Assembly (NCBI RefSeq): GCF_041956535.1
Contig: NW_027192196.1
Coordinates: 39,380 to 103,379, forward strand
Length of the DNA: 64,000 bases
From: Calcarisporiella thermophila CBS 279.70
Taxonomy: Eukaryota > Fungi > Calcarisporiellomycota
Reading direction: 5' to 3'
Shown here: piece after piece, positions 1 to 13,225 of the stretch
Layout: each line of letters starts with the position of its first letter
Position numbering within the stretch: the stretch's first letter is position 1
The notes under the pieces: generated by a model
What the model saw: the letters and a program-made list of their open reading frames with translations, nothing else
The model's database searches: none
Told to the model about the DNA's origin: nothing
Position numbers and translations under genes: made by a program

Positions 1-772
1 GGACGGACTATTCTTGTGAAATAGATTTTGACCCCTTCCGTTTCATGAAGGAAAATAACAAGAAATATGGTAAAGAAGCTTTTTTGTTAATTCTTGTGTT
101 CACACCTCTATACTTAATTTCAAATATCCTTATTAGGCTTCACAATTGCTTTACACGAGCTCCGCGAAACAATTCCCACTCTTTGGAAGACAGTCCGTGA
201 ATTTATCGATGAACACCGACACCTTATACCTGCTAATAATTCATTTGACTTTGTAACCGACGACAACGGTCTCACCTTCAATCTATGCCATTTCTGGTCC
301 AATTTTGAGATTGGAGACATGCGGTTTCTAAGGTCCGAGGAATATACGACCTTCTTCGAATATATGGACCATGCGGGTGGATTCTTTTATGAGAGGTGGG
401 GGGATGCGCCAATTCATTCAATAGCTGCCGCATTATTCCTGAGAAAAGACGAAATTCATTTTTTTAATGAGATTGGCTATTATCACCCTGCTATATGGTA
501 AGTATTTTTATCCTTTTCTCCTCTTCTCATTTCTTCACTTTTTCATAGCCTGTCAACGAATTTGGAATTTATCTCGTTTTTTCTTCATTTTGTAGGCACT
601 GTCCGTCAAGAGAAGTCAATAATAAATGTACATGTGATCCAACAAAAAGCTATGGTAAGGGTGACATATAATTATTTATGATTTCTATCTAACATTTTAA
701 CGATTCTTTTTAGACACACATGAGTACTCTTGTACGCGCAAATGGTTTGATATAAATGGAATAACTTATTAG
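1..772 (+). CDS. GT15 (KRE2/MNT1/KTR family) alpha-1,2-mannosyltransferase, 3' part (5' end outside window)
   Basis: Spliced reading gives DFDPFRFMKENNKKYGFTIALHE...NLCHFWSNFEIGD...GGFFYERWGDAPIHSIAAALFL, typical of GT15. GT-AG introns at 70-136, 498-595 and 655-713; stop TAG at 770-772. Confidence 0.93.
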
Positions 773-1792
773 GTGCCATTGCTGCCTTTTTGTTAATACA
801 TTTTTTCTTATTATGAAGATGAAAGAGATTGTTTCATATAAAAATATATATTCGTGTACAAGCTATTATTTAACAATACAATCAAATGATAAATCTACGG
901 AGTTTAATATTATTATTTTCGTAAATTACGAGTCAAACATGCAATGTACTACAATGTCGAAAATAACATGGTTTTCACCAACATATCTCAGGATAGTGAG
1001 GTCGATTTTTTGAATAAAATACATTGACATTGGAATAAAAATACAGCTACGTCTGTTCTTTGAAATAATTATACAGTTATGAGTGGATATATTGAATAAA
1101 CTAGCACCTCGATTATTCCTACAAACTTACAATATAAAAGAGAAAAAGAAGGTGTTTCAAAAATGAGTGTTTTCTGATGGGACTTCATGTAGCCACACCA
1201 TGAAACCTAAGGATACCTTAACCGTCTCACGCAAATGTTATTTAGAAAAGAATGTACGGAAGGCCTCCATTCTGTCTATATGAAGTTGATAATATTTACA
1301 TGATCTCACCCGAATTTAGTAATGATCTAAAACAATAAGCTCATATTAAGTCATAGCAGCTTTAAACAGGCTAATATACTCCCTGTCTCTAATTTTTATC
1401 AGTACTTTGAGATGAAACAGAGTTATGGCGATCAATGTTAGGACCCGAGTTTGCCCACGACAATTCACTAAGTAATTAAGCTTAATACATCCGAATCTAT
1501 ATATGTCGAAGTGATCTAATATTGCCTTATTTTCAAAGCAACTGCCCAACACTTACACCAACGATTTCTCAGATATTCCATATCAAAGATAAATTCATAT
1601 TTATTTATTATTCCAGATAATTTAGATTTCAGAAACTTCGATGCATCGGGAAAATCTTCGCACGATGCGAAGAACCCTTGCAAAGAAGGAGCATAATTTG
1701 CCATCTGTATTTTATATATAAATGATGACTATTTGAGAGTATTGTGTCATTGAAAAGTAATTCTTATCTACCTGTATCAATCTCTGAGCAAA

Positions 1793-2578
1793 ATGAAGTC
1801 CTCTGTTAATCTACTTTATGTCATATTCGTTCTAACATTCTTCTCTCTAGTTGCGGCTTCCCCAGTACTTCCGCTCCTCAATTTGAATCAACTATTTGGC
1901 TCTTCCGCTAAAGCTACTCCATCCGTTCAGGCAACCTCTCCAGCCCAAACTGGTTCTTCAACTCAAGCTACACCCCCTACCCAGGTCGCCTCTCCAGCTC
2001 AAACTGGGTCAACTCAGGCTACACTCCCTGCCCAGGTCGCCTCTCCAGCTCAAGCTGGCTCTTCCACTCAAGGTATATCCTCTGCCAAGATCGGTGCTCT
2101 CTTACAGGGAGGTGGGGTGTCGCTTCTCGATTTGAATAAACTGCTAAGCGGTCTAATTCAAGTCAATCCGGCCGCAAAGCCCGGATCTTCCACTCAAAAT
2201 ACTCCAGCTGGTCAGGGTGCTGCTGCACCTCAGGCAATGTCACTCATTGATTTGAACAAATTACTAAGCGGCCTCGTTCAAGCTAATCCTAAATCTCAGG
2301 CCACCTCTCCCGCCCAAACTACTCCTGCTGCTCAAGCGGCCTCCCCCACTCCAACTGCTAAGGCGGCCTCTCCCTCACCTGCCGTCTCCCCTGCTGTATC
2401 TGCATCGCCTGCTGTCTCCCCTGCTGTATCTCCATCGCCTGCTCAGGATACAAACCCAAATACAGCTTCGAATCAACTGGCCATGAATGAGATTATACGG
2501 CTCTTGAGAGTATTGAACCTTCTAGATGCACTCATCGCAGCAAATACTCTGACTCCGGCTGCTCCTAAGGCCACCTGA
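1793..2578 (+). CDS. Secreted Ser/Thr/Pro/Ala/Gln-rich repeat protein of unknown function
   Basis: Intronless 261-aa ORF with a signal peptide (LLYVIFVLTFFSLVAA-SP) and an upstream TATA-like TATATATAAA (~1713). Internal repeats QATxPxQVASPAQxGS and SLxDLNKLLSGLxQxNP; no Cys. Confidence 0.75.
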   Translation: MKSSVNLLYVIFVLTFFSLVAASPVLPLLNLNQLFGSSAKATPSVQATSPAQTGSSTQATPPTQVASPAQTGSTQATLPAQVASPAQAGSSTQGISSAKIGALLQGGGVSLLDLNKLLSGLIQVNPAAKPGSSTQNTPAGQGAAAPQAMSLIDLNKLLSGLVQANPKSQATSPAQTTPAAQAASPTPTAKAASPSPAVSPAVSASPAVSPAVSPSPAQDTNPNTASNQLAMNEIIRLLRVLNLLDALIAANTLTPAAPKAT

Positions 2579-3686
2579 AGTACCAAGCTTTGTATATTTT
2601 AAAAAATGGTAATTTTAATGGAGCTGTGCCCGTATTTCCAAGAATATCTTAATATTCTTTTTATAATAAGTTAGCTTTAAATCATTTTGTAGTGAAGAAA
2701 AAGTAAAGTTTAATATTTTAGAATGTTTTATTATTTTTAATTCGGTAATATAACATCAATGATAAAATTAAGCAAGGATTGTTCTCAAGCATAATCTCAA
2801 TTGGAAAATCCAAAGCTCGGGGGCAATAGGAATTGATTCGATATATACATTAATAAGCACTCGTCCATCATACACAGATAATCAAGGAAATTAGATCTAA
2901 CTCGGTAACTACTTAGATATGCAAAACTGCTATTAAATCCTTGTACAAAGAATATCAACTATTCTTTGAATGACATGATATCGCTCCAATTGGAGAGTAA
3001 AGTAAATTTGCGATCAGTTAAAATTCAGGGCTCACCATAGCTTACCCGATGCCTTTACATAATTTGCACTTGAGACCCTATTGAAAAATCCAGATCAAGT
3101 TCAACTTAGCAGAAAATTGGCTGAGCATAATTCATAAATAGCGCATTTAATTTCAATAAAGTACGAACATCTCCGGGAAGGATTCTCTAAAGGGCCAAAG
3201 AGAATATAAAAATTAAGATGAGAGCATAGTAGAGACGAGGGAATAAAAGTGGCTGGACCGGAGCTACACAAGATGGTATGACCGAGATGTTGTAGAAAGA
3301 GAAGGGCAGTTGGTTTAGAATCTAGAGAAGAAATCTCTTGTTAAAATTTCCTAACAGGTTTTAATGCATAATTTTATCTTGATTGACAATTATTTGTATT
3401 GGTATTTTCTATTCCTTCTTACTTTCATTTTGGGCTATCAAAATAATGAGCTCCTAGTATATTTTGCAATTGTCCATCTTTTCTGCTCTACTCTAAAGCT
3501 TTTTATTCTGACTATTTCATAAAGATATTAGATATAACAAATGATTATATTGTAGTATAGGAGCAAACAAAATTTCCAGAGCTTGGGCAAATTATACATA
3601 AAATAATTCTAAAAAAAACGCTGTTGTTCTGAAAAATTGGTCTCTAGTTGTGGTCAGGCCTAGGTCCGGTTAGTTAATTAGTATAC

Positions 3687-3959
3687 TTAGGCTTTAGGTG
3701 CAGAAGGTAATCCAGGAGCATGGATATTGGGATCAGCTCGATCTCCAGAGCAAATGCAATGGCACATAATAAAGTGGCAATGGGTGAGTTGGCCAACTGC
3801 TTTTTGGCTGTTCGCGCAAGGATTAGTACATGTCTTTTTACAGTCTTGGGATGTCATGCAGATTGATGGAGTCAGAATATTTCCAAAGAATTCGGGCGTC
3901 TGAGCGATTACAATATTGAAGAGGGCCAACACAAGGAGCAGACTAATTAGAGGATTCAT
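3687..3959 (-). CDS. Small secreted 8-cysteine peptide (defensin-like spacing)
   Basis: 90-aa ORF with signal peptide MNPLISLLLVLALFNIVIA, Cys pattern C-x5-C-x3-C-x3-C-x12-C-x4-C-x-C-x-C, and TATAAAA on the minus strand at 4035-4041. Confidence 0.75.
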   Translation of the reverse strand: MNPLISLLLVLALFNIVIAQTPEFFGNILTPSICMTSQDCKKTCTNPCANSQKAVGQLTHCHFIMCHCICSGDRADPNIHAPGLPSAPKA

Positions 3960-5743
3960 TGTAATAAGGAGTTACGGAAAGGGATGCTATTATAGATGCA
4001 AGATAATTGTTTTTGCTTCATCCCCCCTACCTGCTTTTATATCTGTTTCCCGGTCGGGTTCATGGGTCACGCTAACCTCTAATGTTTTCTAAGATAATCC
4101 AAATTTTCATAGCTTTTTGTTGCTGTCTGTACACAACGGCTGTCAATTGAACTCCTCCCCCGTTTTTATTAACTTGATTACTTAAAAAAGAAAAAAAGGA
4201 CGAGGACATATGAGGTCTTGTAGGGATTTTGGCCATAGGCCGAAGGGATTCCAGGTGAAATCTCATAATCCCAATCTCACGTCTTACAAAAAGGGTCTGT
4301 CCAATTTATGAGGTTCTTATACTAGAGAGTGTAAGTTTCACCTCTTAGCCGATTCCCAAACGAGGCAAAATGGCCGACTTAGATTCTACTAAAAACAACA
4401 ATACCACTATTAGGTAAACTGGTTCTTACTGTAGAGTGGTGTTGGCTTAAGAGTGCAATGTAATGGCCCAAATATGATTTCAGATCACATATATTGCAAC
4501 CACTGTGACATTGGAAGCATATTTGTCAACAAATTTTTGCATCCAACGATTCTTAATACAATCTCATTTCAATAAAGATGACCACGTTTAGTAATAGGTG
4601 CACCCTTTTTTCTACTAATCCTCGCCCTCTGCATATAGAAGTATAGCTCATCTCCATCAGCAAGAATTTACCCTTTGATAGGACCAAGATTCGATAATGT
4701 ATATATATATATTTGGAAGCTTAACTTTTACATTACAAATGAAATACCCAACATCGATCCATTCTGACCCTACGGATATATTGGGAGTAACTTTCACACG
4801 CAAGATTTTGTTGCAAAGACAATGACAAAGAAGCATCTTTGTCATAGTCTTTACATAAGCATTGATAAAGTGGTAATCGCAGAGTGTATTAAACCTATCA
4901 CTATCAATAATCAATGATGATCCATTTGCACTCTATCAAGATAATAAGGTGACGAAAAACTCTGGTATAAAGTAAAAGGGTAACGCACTGAGGGGAGGTT
5001 CAATTTTGATTATCTAGGGCTATATTTCCAGTAGCTTATTACTATGGACTGCTGTAAGGTTTCTATTGAGAAAGTGTGCATCGTCCTAACGAGAGTCTTC
5101 TTTCCCGAGGGGTAAATATTTCACTTGAATATCGTCAAATACTCTCATTTAAGTATGGTGATACTAGGTTTTACTCTTCTGCGAAGAACCATTTTTGGAA
5201 AGCTTTGATTACCTGGCGAGACTTCCCCCTTCTTTGGTAATGCCTTTCTAGGCACTACCCTCTTTCCTCAAATCCTAATACCCTTCTAAATCCACTCGTA
5301 AAAATATACCTTCCCGATCAAAATTTTGATAGTCCGAGTGTGATACCTAAAATATAAGCCCAGCTGATATAGTGAAAGTAAAATCTTTTGCATAGGGAAG
5401 AAATTAGTACAAGTTGGTCAAATTCGTTCGGGTAAACTCAGCTGTGCAATGGATCAAAAATCAAAATATTGCTTTCTGAAACTCGTATCTTATTTAATAA
5501 AGAACCGGGCAAAATACAGCCAGAAAGAAAATGCAAAATATTGACGGATATAAGCCTGGAAGATGTATATAGAATATAGAATAAAGCCAAATGGATCAAG
5601 CGCAAAGGTGCAGTCGATTTTCTAAACAACCCGAATTGAGATATGAATATTGTCCAGGGTACATGCAAAGAGTCAATAGCAGGATCAGTATACCCTAGGT
5701 CTTAGCTTATTAATGTAGCGAATTGACAATGTATGCGACTATC

Positions 5744-8700
5744 TCACATTGAAATGGATTGCAAAAATACGTCATACGCAGGACAAATACATCTCTCGAA
5801 GAGCTCCTGGACAACTAGCATATTGAACTCTGAGTCAACTAGTATCGCACCCAAACAACTCTCAACTATATCACCAAGCACTTTCGGTTCTTCCACTTTC
5901 AGCCAGCTTCCGTCTTCAAAAGCAGTCGTCTGTTTCAGTTCCTCCATTTTGGCCGAGTATTTGGTCATGGCTACCCCTAGTTTGACTGAATAATGAATGA
6001 TATGCTTGTCGAGACCCATTTGCACACAAATTGCGGCAAGGACTTTGTTTGAGACCATCGTGCCTTTGGTGTTTGTGAGCAGGGCTGGAGTGGCGGTGGG
6101 ATATTTGGTAAAAACATGTTTTACCACAAGGAAATCAAGGACAGCATCTCCTAAAAACTCTAGGCGTTGGTAGCATGGGATGGTTGTGTTAGGGAGCGAT
6201 GCGTGTGTCATAGCCTGTTGGAGTAAAAGCGGATGCCGGAATTGATAGCCTAATAGTTCCTGAACACGCTCCACGTCCAATTTTCGGGTAAATTTGTCAT
6301 TGATGTCGGTCAAAGGGAACTCTCGATAGATGTATTGTTTTTTGAAATCATCCCATCCGCGCATATCCTCAAATATAGGGATCATCACTCGCGCCACCTG
6401 GATGCATCCCTCATATCCGTCGGAGAGAAAGCCGGCTCCTAAACATGCCTCCACCACGTCCGCGAGCTGCTTGCCAGCAAGAGAGTGCTCGTTTCGAGCG
6501 ACGTTTTGTTCCTCAGTATCCCCACGCGCAGTCCAATTTAGAGGACGCCAATCGCGTCGACTAAACGGTTTTGCACTCATGTAGCATGGTGCTTCCAATC
6601 TCAGTGCACTATATTGAAATTAAACGTTCGATAGCCTAGCGGAAAAAAATACACCTAAAAATACCCAATACCATTTATATAGAGCGTGGTTACTGATCAT
6701 GCGAATGCGACGATGGTGAAGTTGGCCCTCATGGTCATACGTGTGCAGCAGAAATAGTCGGATGGTAACAATCAGTTTTAAAATTGAATCTCCTAATGTT
6801 TCAAGCCGCTCATAGTCGAAGCCTAAGTTCACAGAGGGAGCTGTCATTGCCTCGAGAGTGAGATCATCTCGCATCGATAGACCCCATCTAGTCTGAAAAT
6901 CTTGAACCAGCAAATATGCATCCAAGCGAGTCATAATGGATGGTAGAAGCATTGCAGCGCGAAAAACACTTGCTGATACTACAAAACGCCTGCTGAATTC
7001 AGGAATAATGAAAATGGTGTCATGTTTGGGTTTGATATCCTCAGATACACCAGACTGCAGATAGTTTATGGTGCGACCCGTGCGCAGTACTTCAATGAGT
7101 GGTTGGTTAGAGCATTTCAGACTCAATCCGAAGGGTTTATAAAAGTCGGCAAAGGTCGGCAACCCACTTTCCACAAAAGCAATCTTTTAGTCTAGGGGTA
7201 AGGAAGCAAAAAAAAAGCTAGAACTTACGCTTCTCGGAGGACCAAATGCTCTGGAGGTGGCATTACTGGAGACAAATCCTTTCGTACGGCCTTAACATAG
7301 AACCGACGTTGGTTGTCATAGTTTTCGAACACAATGGTGTCATGCAACTTTTCCAATTTATGGATATCTAGAGGAAGTGTCGAGGGTCCGAGTACTGTGC
7401 TATCTACTTCTTCCCATGCAATGGATTCCAGTACATCCCCATCTGACTCATTCCTCCACTTTGCTTGCATCGGCACAATCCAATATGGCATTCGTGAAAG
7501 ATCGCAGAAAAAGTCCTTGTTGAGAATGAAACGCACAAGTTTAAGTGTGTATTGACCAAGTTTCTCGAATTTCTCTTTGTCAATCTTTAGGATCGCTTTG
7601 TTTGAAAATGGGGTTAATGCCTAAAATAGAGAGAAGAGTGTTAACGGTGGTCTATACCATAATTATCACCTAGAGAAAGCATACCCGTGAAACCCCATTA
7701 AAATATAGGTTGAATGATGGGATAATTGGGAATGGTTTTCGGGTAAGTAGACAGAGGGTTCTATATTCGTCATCTTCACTTTGTTCTAGTAATGGTGTAT
7801 CCAAATGAAGGATAGTGATATAGAGCTTTGTTGGCAGTGGAGGTGTTGAATCTGGGGTAATCTAAAGCGAAAATAAATACTGAGCTACACTTTATAAACA
7901 CTAGAATAAAGGGTGCTTACCAAAGAGTATTTAAACTTGTTAGCCTTATCATTCTCTGCACCATTCTCTGCCTGGTAATTGTCGTTCTCTTTTTCCGATT
8001 CTCTATTCCCTTCTTCTAGCTCTCCATTCACTTGTACTTGATCCTCATTGAGCCAAAATTCAGGAAATCTACGCGTATATATTTTTCGGTTTCGCTTGCT
8101 CGCAGCACTGGCCGCCATTTCCTCCTTGGTCAACTCATGTTTTTCTTGTTCGAAATTCCGTGGAGGATTCAAGTGATCATCCAGTTGTCCAGCTTGATGC
8201 AGTATCACACACATGTCAAAAGCGGCCACTCTCTTCGATACTTTCTTTGAAGTCACCACATTAGATGTGACCTCACGCACCTCAACGGGAGCGTTAATAG
8301 GCAATGTGAGATGGCATGAGTATCCTTTCTCCTCCTCTTGGACATGGAATTTGGGTTTTAGACTACAATATATATCCGTCGGAAGAGATTGGCAATATTG
8401 ATGCAGGAGCGAAATGGATGAGTCCAACGAGATTAGCGCCCCTGTTGAAGGTATGATGTAATACTGTTCAGTAAGGATATTATCATCATCATCTTCTTCA
8501 TCCAAGTCTTCCAGAGATTGCTCATCTTCGGACGGTTGCAGACTCGAACTCCTCTCCTCGGGAAGAGTCGAACACCACTCCCTCATGGCCGCTTCTTCCT
8601 CTTTGAGTTGCTGGAACTGCTTTTGTTGCTCTATATTTCCTTCTTCTAACATCACGAAAAACTGAGACTCCTTGTAACGAGCGCGGCCACGACATTGTAT

Positions 8701-10479
8701 ATACTCGATCAAGGTTCGGAATTTATCGAAACTAAAGATAAATCAGTGAATAGAGTATATACACCCAAATTATATCTAATCGCCTACCGAATCACCACAT
8801 TACATGGCTGAATGTCGATTCCCTCCTCGACCACATTGGTGGCAAATAATAGGTTTACCTCTCCTTTTTGGAATCGCTCAATGACCTGGAGTTGCTGTTT
8901 GTATCGCATTCCTAGCATTTTCCGGGACTGACGAAGGCCGACGAGCGCATCGCATTTAATGAATGATAAGCCTTCTAATTCTTGTACCAGCCGCGTGAGT
9001 AAATGTGCAGTATAGCGACATTCTACGAACACAATGCAGCAGAGTGCTTTGCTATTGGTTTCATTACTAAACTCAGGACCAAGGCGTTCGAGGAGATTCA
9101 GAAGCTCCAGCACTTTTGGTGAGATCTGCTCTTCAGTCCTCCGAGGCGGCTCAAAATCATGTTCCGCTACTACCTGTGCTATGCGATGCCGGAAAAAGTC
9201 CTCCCGCTCCAATAGCTGTAGCTGCTCCAAGTTTTCAACAATATCCAGATCCAGCATCCAGCCATTAACGTCTTCGCCGTTCGCTTTGATAGTACGCAGC
9301 GCCTCTTCGCACACAAACTGCCACATGTAGTCCGCGCACCAGGGTCCAAGAGTATTTAGGACGTTTTCAACAGTGCGGAGTACACTTGCAAAGCTTTTAA
9401 TGTCTTTGGCCTCATTTAGGAATTGATTAAAGAGTGCAGTGGAGGGGTAGACCGGTGAAGGGTTATAGTAGATAAGGCTTTCTTGGGGAGTATATACATA
9501 TTTGCGAATTTCGTCGAGATAACTGGTCGTAGAGAGTTGTGAGTCCAAATTTGCCTCCAATAAACTGTTATGGCACATTAATAGAGAAATAGAATACCTG
9601 TAAGTATACCTTGGCTTAATAAAAAACATGACCAATTGAGAAACCTTACTTTGCGGATAAGATGATAGTCTTTTTTGAGTTAACAGGAGAGGCTGACATT
9701 CCAAATATCTTCGGTTTTTGTTGATCCTCAGGCATGCGCCGATAGAACTCGCTCATAATCAAACTATACGGATGCCGCTTCTTTGCATGATGACACTCGT
9801 CAAATACGATGAGGCTCACCTATTGGAACGGAAATCATCATATAGCTGTCTCGTATCATATTTGCGAAAACATATAAACATTTACACACCTGACTCATTT
9901 TTATATAGCCATGGCGGAGCATATTTAAGAATATCTGCGCAGTCATCACCATTATATCACTCCCATCTAATTTTTTATTCCAATCCTCCTCGCCCCAAAT
10001 ATCGATGCGCATAGAGCCGCAAAAGGGAGACACACGGTGGTCACAGTTCTCAGCGATAACGCCTGCTTGCTGGAAGACGAGATTAACATGGTTGACCAGA
10101 AAGAAAATCCATTTACGCTAGGCAGCATGTAAATTAGGACGTTAGCATAATAAAAATTACGCGTCATGGATTTTTGAATTACTTCGCTGGTGACCGATTT
10201 CGAATTGTTTTCCCTGGCCATCATCTCATTGATAAGCATCACGGCGATGAACGTCTTTCCACTACCTGTGTCAAGGACCGCAATCGTGTTTCCATCTCTA
10301 GCTTTCTCGAACAATTCCGTCTGGTAGAGTCGAGGCTGAAGCTTCGAGGATGAGGAATTAGGTTGAGGCTCGGCCTCGTGCAATGCGACCGCACCGCCCT
10401 CCATCAAGGATGGATCCGTCGGCATGCCTGTGGCAGAATTATCGTCCTGCGTTTCAACTTTCATTCCTTGTCCATTCAA
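5744..10479 (-). CDS. DCL: Dicer-like protein (DExH helicase, dimerisation dsRBD-fold, PAZ, two RNase III domains), multi-exon
   Basis: PRLYQTELF...LDTGSGKT (Walker A), [53 protein letters not shown]-like TFADFYK...QPLIEV...[14 protein letters not shown] and QRLEFLGDA RNase III signatures, [11 protein letters not shown] and [11 protein letters not shown]. Confidence 0.95.
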
Positions 10480-10645
10480 TTATTAGGGTCATGTCATGGA
10501 TTGGGTATTGCAAGCGGAAATAAAATTTGTATTATCCAGCTATTGAATTTTAGAATTTGTAGCCACAATTTCTCTGAATTTAAATAGAAAAATAGCTGCT
10601 CTTTCGTCTTCAATCTGTGAGCCCTCCATGTTTCCTCATTAAGCA

Positions 10646-12365
10646 ATGCCATCCTTTCTATCCCTCATCTCTGGTCGTGCCCTTGGGATGTGGCGCCGAT
10701 TGCCGCCCATCCTCCGCATTACCCTCATGACCATTCTTCCTTGTGTCCTAGTGTTTGGTCTTTTCTTTTTCGCTGTGGGGCGTATGCGATACTATAGTTC
10801 AAGGCCACCCATGATTGTACAAGAGATTGTCAAGGTATCAAAAACTACGACTAGCATTCAGAGATTAGAAGTCAGTAGGCCGATTCAGGAATTCATGAAT
10901 GGCGTATTCGATAACGTGAATGCTACCGCTCTTGGTCCTAATGGAGTCATGGTAATTACCTTGTTATGATTAGTCATAATCATATCATTTGATGTGATGT
11001 GCATTCATTCACCTGCGAAATTACCCTCTTACCTGTACACTAGGGCATTCTTTATGATCGTGGTCTTGGCTGCGAACCTAACTCAGTCAATGATACGGTG
11101 ATTCCTTCTCCTCCCCTCCCCGTGCCACTGCCTCGCATTGCTCTTATCGGTCGCGGGGTTTGTACTTACGATAAAAAACTTCTCCTTGCCCAGCAGGATA
11201 ATGCTATAGCAGCCATTGTGTACAGCAACCAGACAACTACTAGTCCCTTTATGGGCATCACACCTAATATTGTCAATATCCCTGCATTTGGCGTTTCATT
11301 GGAAGTTGGGCAGGAATTGCTCAAGCTATTACGAGAGTATAACAGTTCCAATAGTTCTAATCCCGAGGTAGTAGAGCGTGTACGGGTGACTATGACGCCG
11401 TTTCTTACTTATACTCCTGGAGTATGGGAGATTACCCTTATTGTCGTGATTGTACTCCTATCTGTTTCATTCGGAACGTCAGGTGAGTGAGCTGAAGAAA
11501 TAGAACGACGTTAATTTATTAATCTATCCGCGAATATTTGCACGTGCGTTTTCCAATATATTAATATGTGGCATGTTTTTTTTTTAGTGGCGGTACAATG
11601 CCATCTCTGGAGGACTCGCCACCTGCGACGCCAGCAGATTGCGCTCGAACTACAACATGCACGACGCCCTCCAAAAATCGTGGTGGACGCAGAGCATCTT
11701 GAGACTTTTCCAACGCGCGAATATCACCGTCCAACTACTCCTGTCCTTGAAACTGGCGAATGCTCCGTAAACCCCGCAGGTGCAGATGTGGACGAGAAGC
11801 AAGATAATTCTTCAACGTTATGTGCGGTATGTCTAGAGGAGTGGGAGGAAGGCGACAGATTGCGGGAACTTCCTTGCTCTCACGTGTTTCATGTAGAATG
11901 TGTCGGTAAGTAGTATTTTGGGTCTTGCTTAACCTCAGGCCAGTTGTACTTATTTCAATTTATGGATTGCTAGACCCGTGGTTAACCACTAAATCCGCTA
12001 CATGCCCACTGTGTAAGCACTTGTGTGCGAAAGAGCTCCCTCCCGAAAAACCCGAAGAAATCGTCCTTCCTCAACGTAGACCTACGCTATTTAGCCATCC
12101 CTCTGCCCTCTTAGATCAATTTTTAGGTTTTGTTCGACGCGGGCCTCCAGGCCACAACCAGGACACTGCTCTACAATCAATAGTTGTGGACAGAAACCCG
12201 AATGGCGGAGAGGCCCAGTTACAGCAGGTCTCTGCCAGCACACAAACTGATAACCAAGCGTTTAGAGAAGTGGCTATTGAAATTCCCAATAGAGCAGCAA
12301 GCGTGGAATCCACGCCCCCATCACATACAAACCCTCCTATGCGACATGGATGTCGGTTTGTATGA
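10646..12365 (+). CDS. PA-TM-RING-H2 E3 ubiquitin ligase (RNF13/RNF167/RMR-like), multi-exon
   Basis: PA domain [53 protein letters not shown]2 [43 protein letters not shown]. Divergent from Dicer with a 166-bp gap. Confidence 0.9.
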
Positions 12366-13003
12366 TATTACAAAAATATTTTCCTCTCATTTATTTATAA
12401 AAAGTCCCGATATTTGCCATATTTATTTTGTTTGTATTTTTACGATTTATTTTGATGCTTTTGTCGCACTGTGTTTTTCTTTCAAGTCTTCTTTCCCATT
12501 TATTTTACTATCCTTTATCAACAATGCCAGATTTTGATATTTCTTTCTGTCGACTTATATAAGCATTTCTAGGGAAAGCTTGGGCCTACATCCAAGTGAC
12601 AGTATACAGGGTTCTGTTACACGACCATTTTAACTTGTGAGATTAACAACTAATGTTTGATATCGTACGCAAGTTTGGTGTTAATACTAGAGCATGTATT
12701 GTCCAAAATAATAACTATATATTCCTCGAAATTGTTTGAGGTATCTATGTTGAACAAGAATGACTCAAGGAGGCACCTAAAATTTCATGTGGATTGACGA
12801 GCTTATTTATATATAATTGTCCTATATGGTTGGAGGTGCTCAGCAATGTCCTCGTATTTCAAGTGGGGTAATACCTCTAATGATAAGACGGGATAGTATA
12901 TTATGCAAAATAGCATTTTAACTTAACAAACAGAGATTATATGTAGTCATCATTAATATTGTTTCTTAAAAATCGATGTTCAAGATGTGATGTCGTGTAT
13001 TTT

Positions 13004-13225
13004 CTATTCTATTATCTGTTGTGTCAATGTTTGTTGCAACATTTGTTTGACGAATTGTTGCTGTTGCAATATTTGTTGTTGCAATATTTGTTGTTGCAAT
13101 ATTTGATGTGTGTCGTCTGTAGAAGATATTTCTTCATAGCCATTATTGACATACATGCGTCTTATGCACGTAACGACTATGAGACAAAATAAATAGATAC
13201 CAAACAAAATAAAAATTGTCCACAT
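13004..13225 (-). CDS. Putative 73-aa single-pass membrane/secreted micro-protein with QILQQ repeats
   Basis: Hydrophobic N-terminus MWTIFILFGIYLFCLIVVTCI followed by a Gln-rich tail. No recognised family; may be spurious. Confidence 0.3.
   Translation of the reverse strand: MWTIFILFGIYLFCLIVVTCIRRMYVNNGYEEISSTDDTHQILQQQILQQQILQQQQFVKQMLQQTLTQQIIE
13062..13105. repeat. 15-bp tandem repeat TGTTGCAATATTTGT x3
   Basis: Directly visible; encodes QILQQ x3 on the minus strand. Confidence 0.9.

Noticed and set aside
1346-1704. Two overlapping minus-strand ORFs behind a shared TATA tract
   Set aside because: Short, with no recognisable motif; could be a decayed gene but cannot be supported.
4657-5668. 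Short minus-strand ORFs downstream of Dicer as possible extra exons
   Set aside because: No dsRBD-like sequence, many stops, UTR/intergenic composition.
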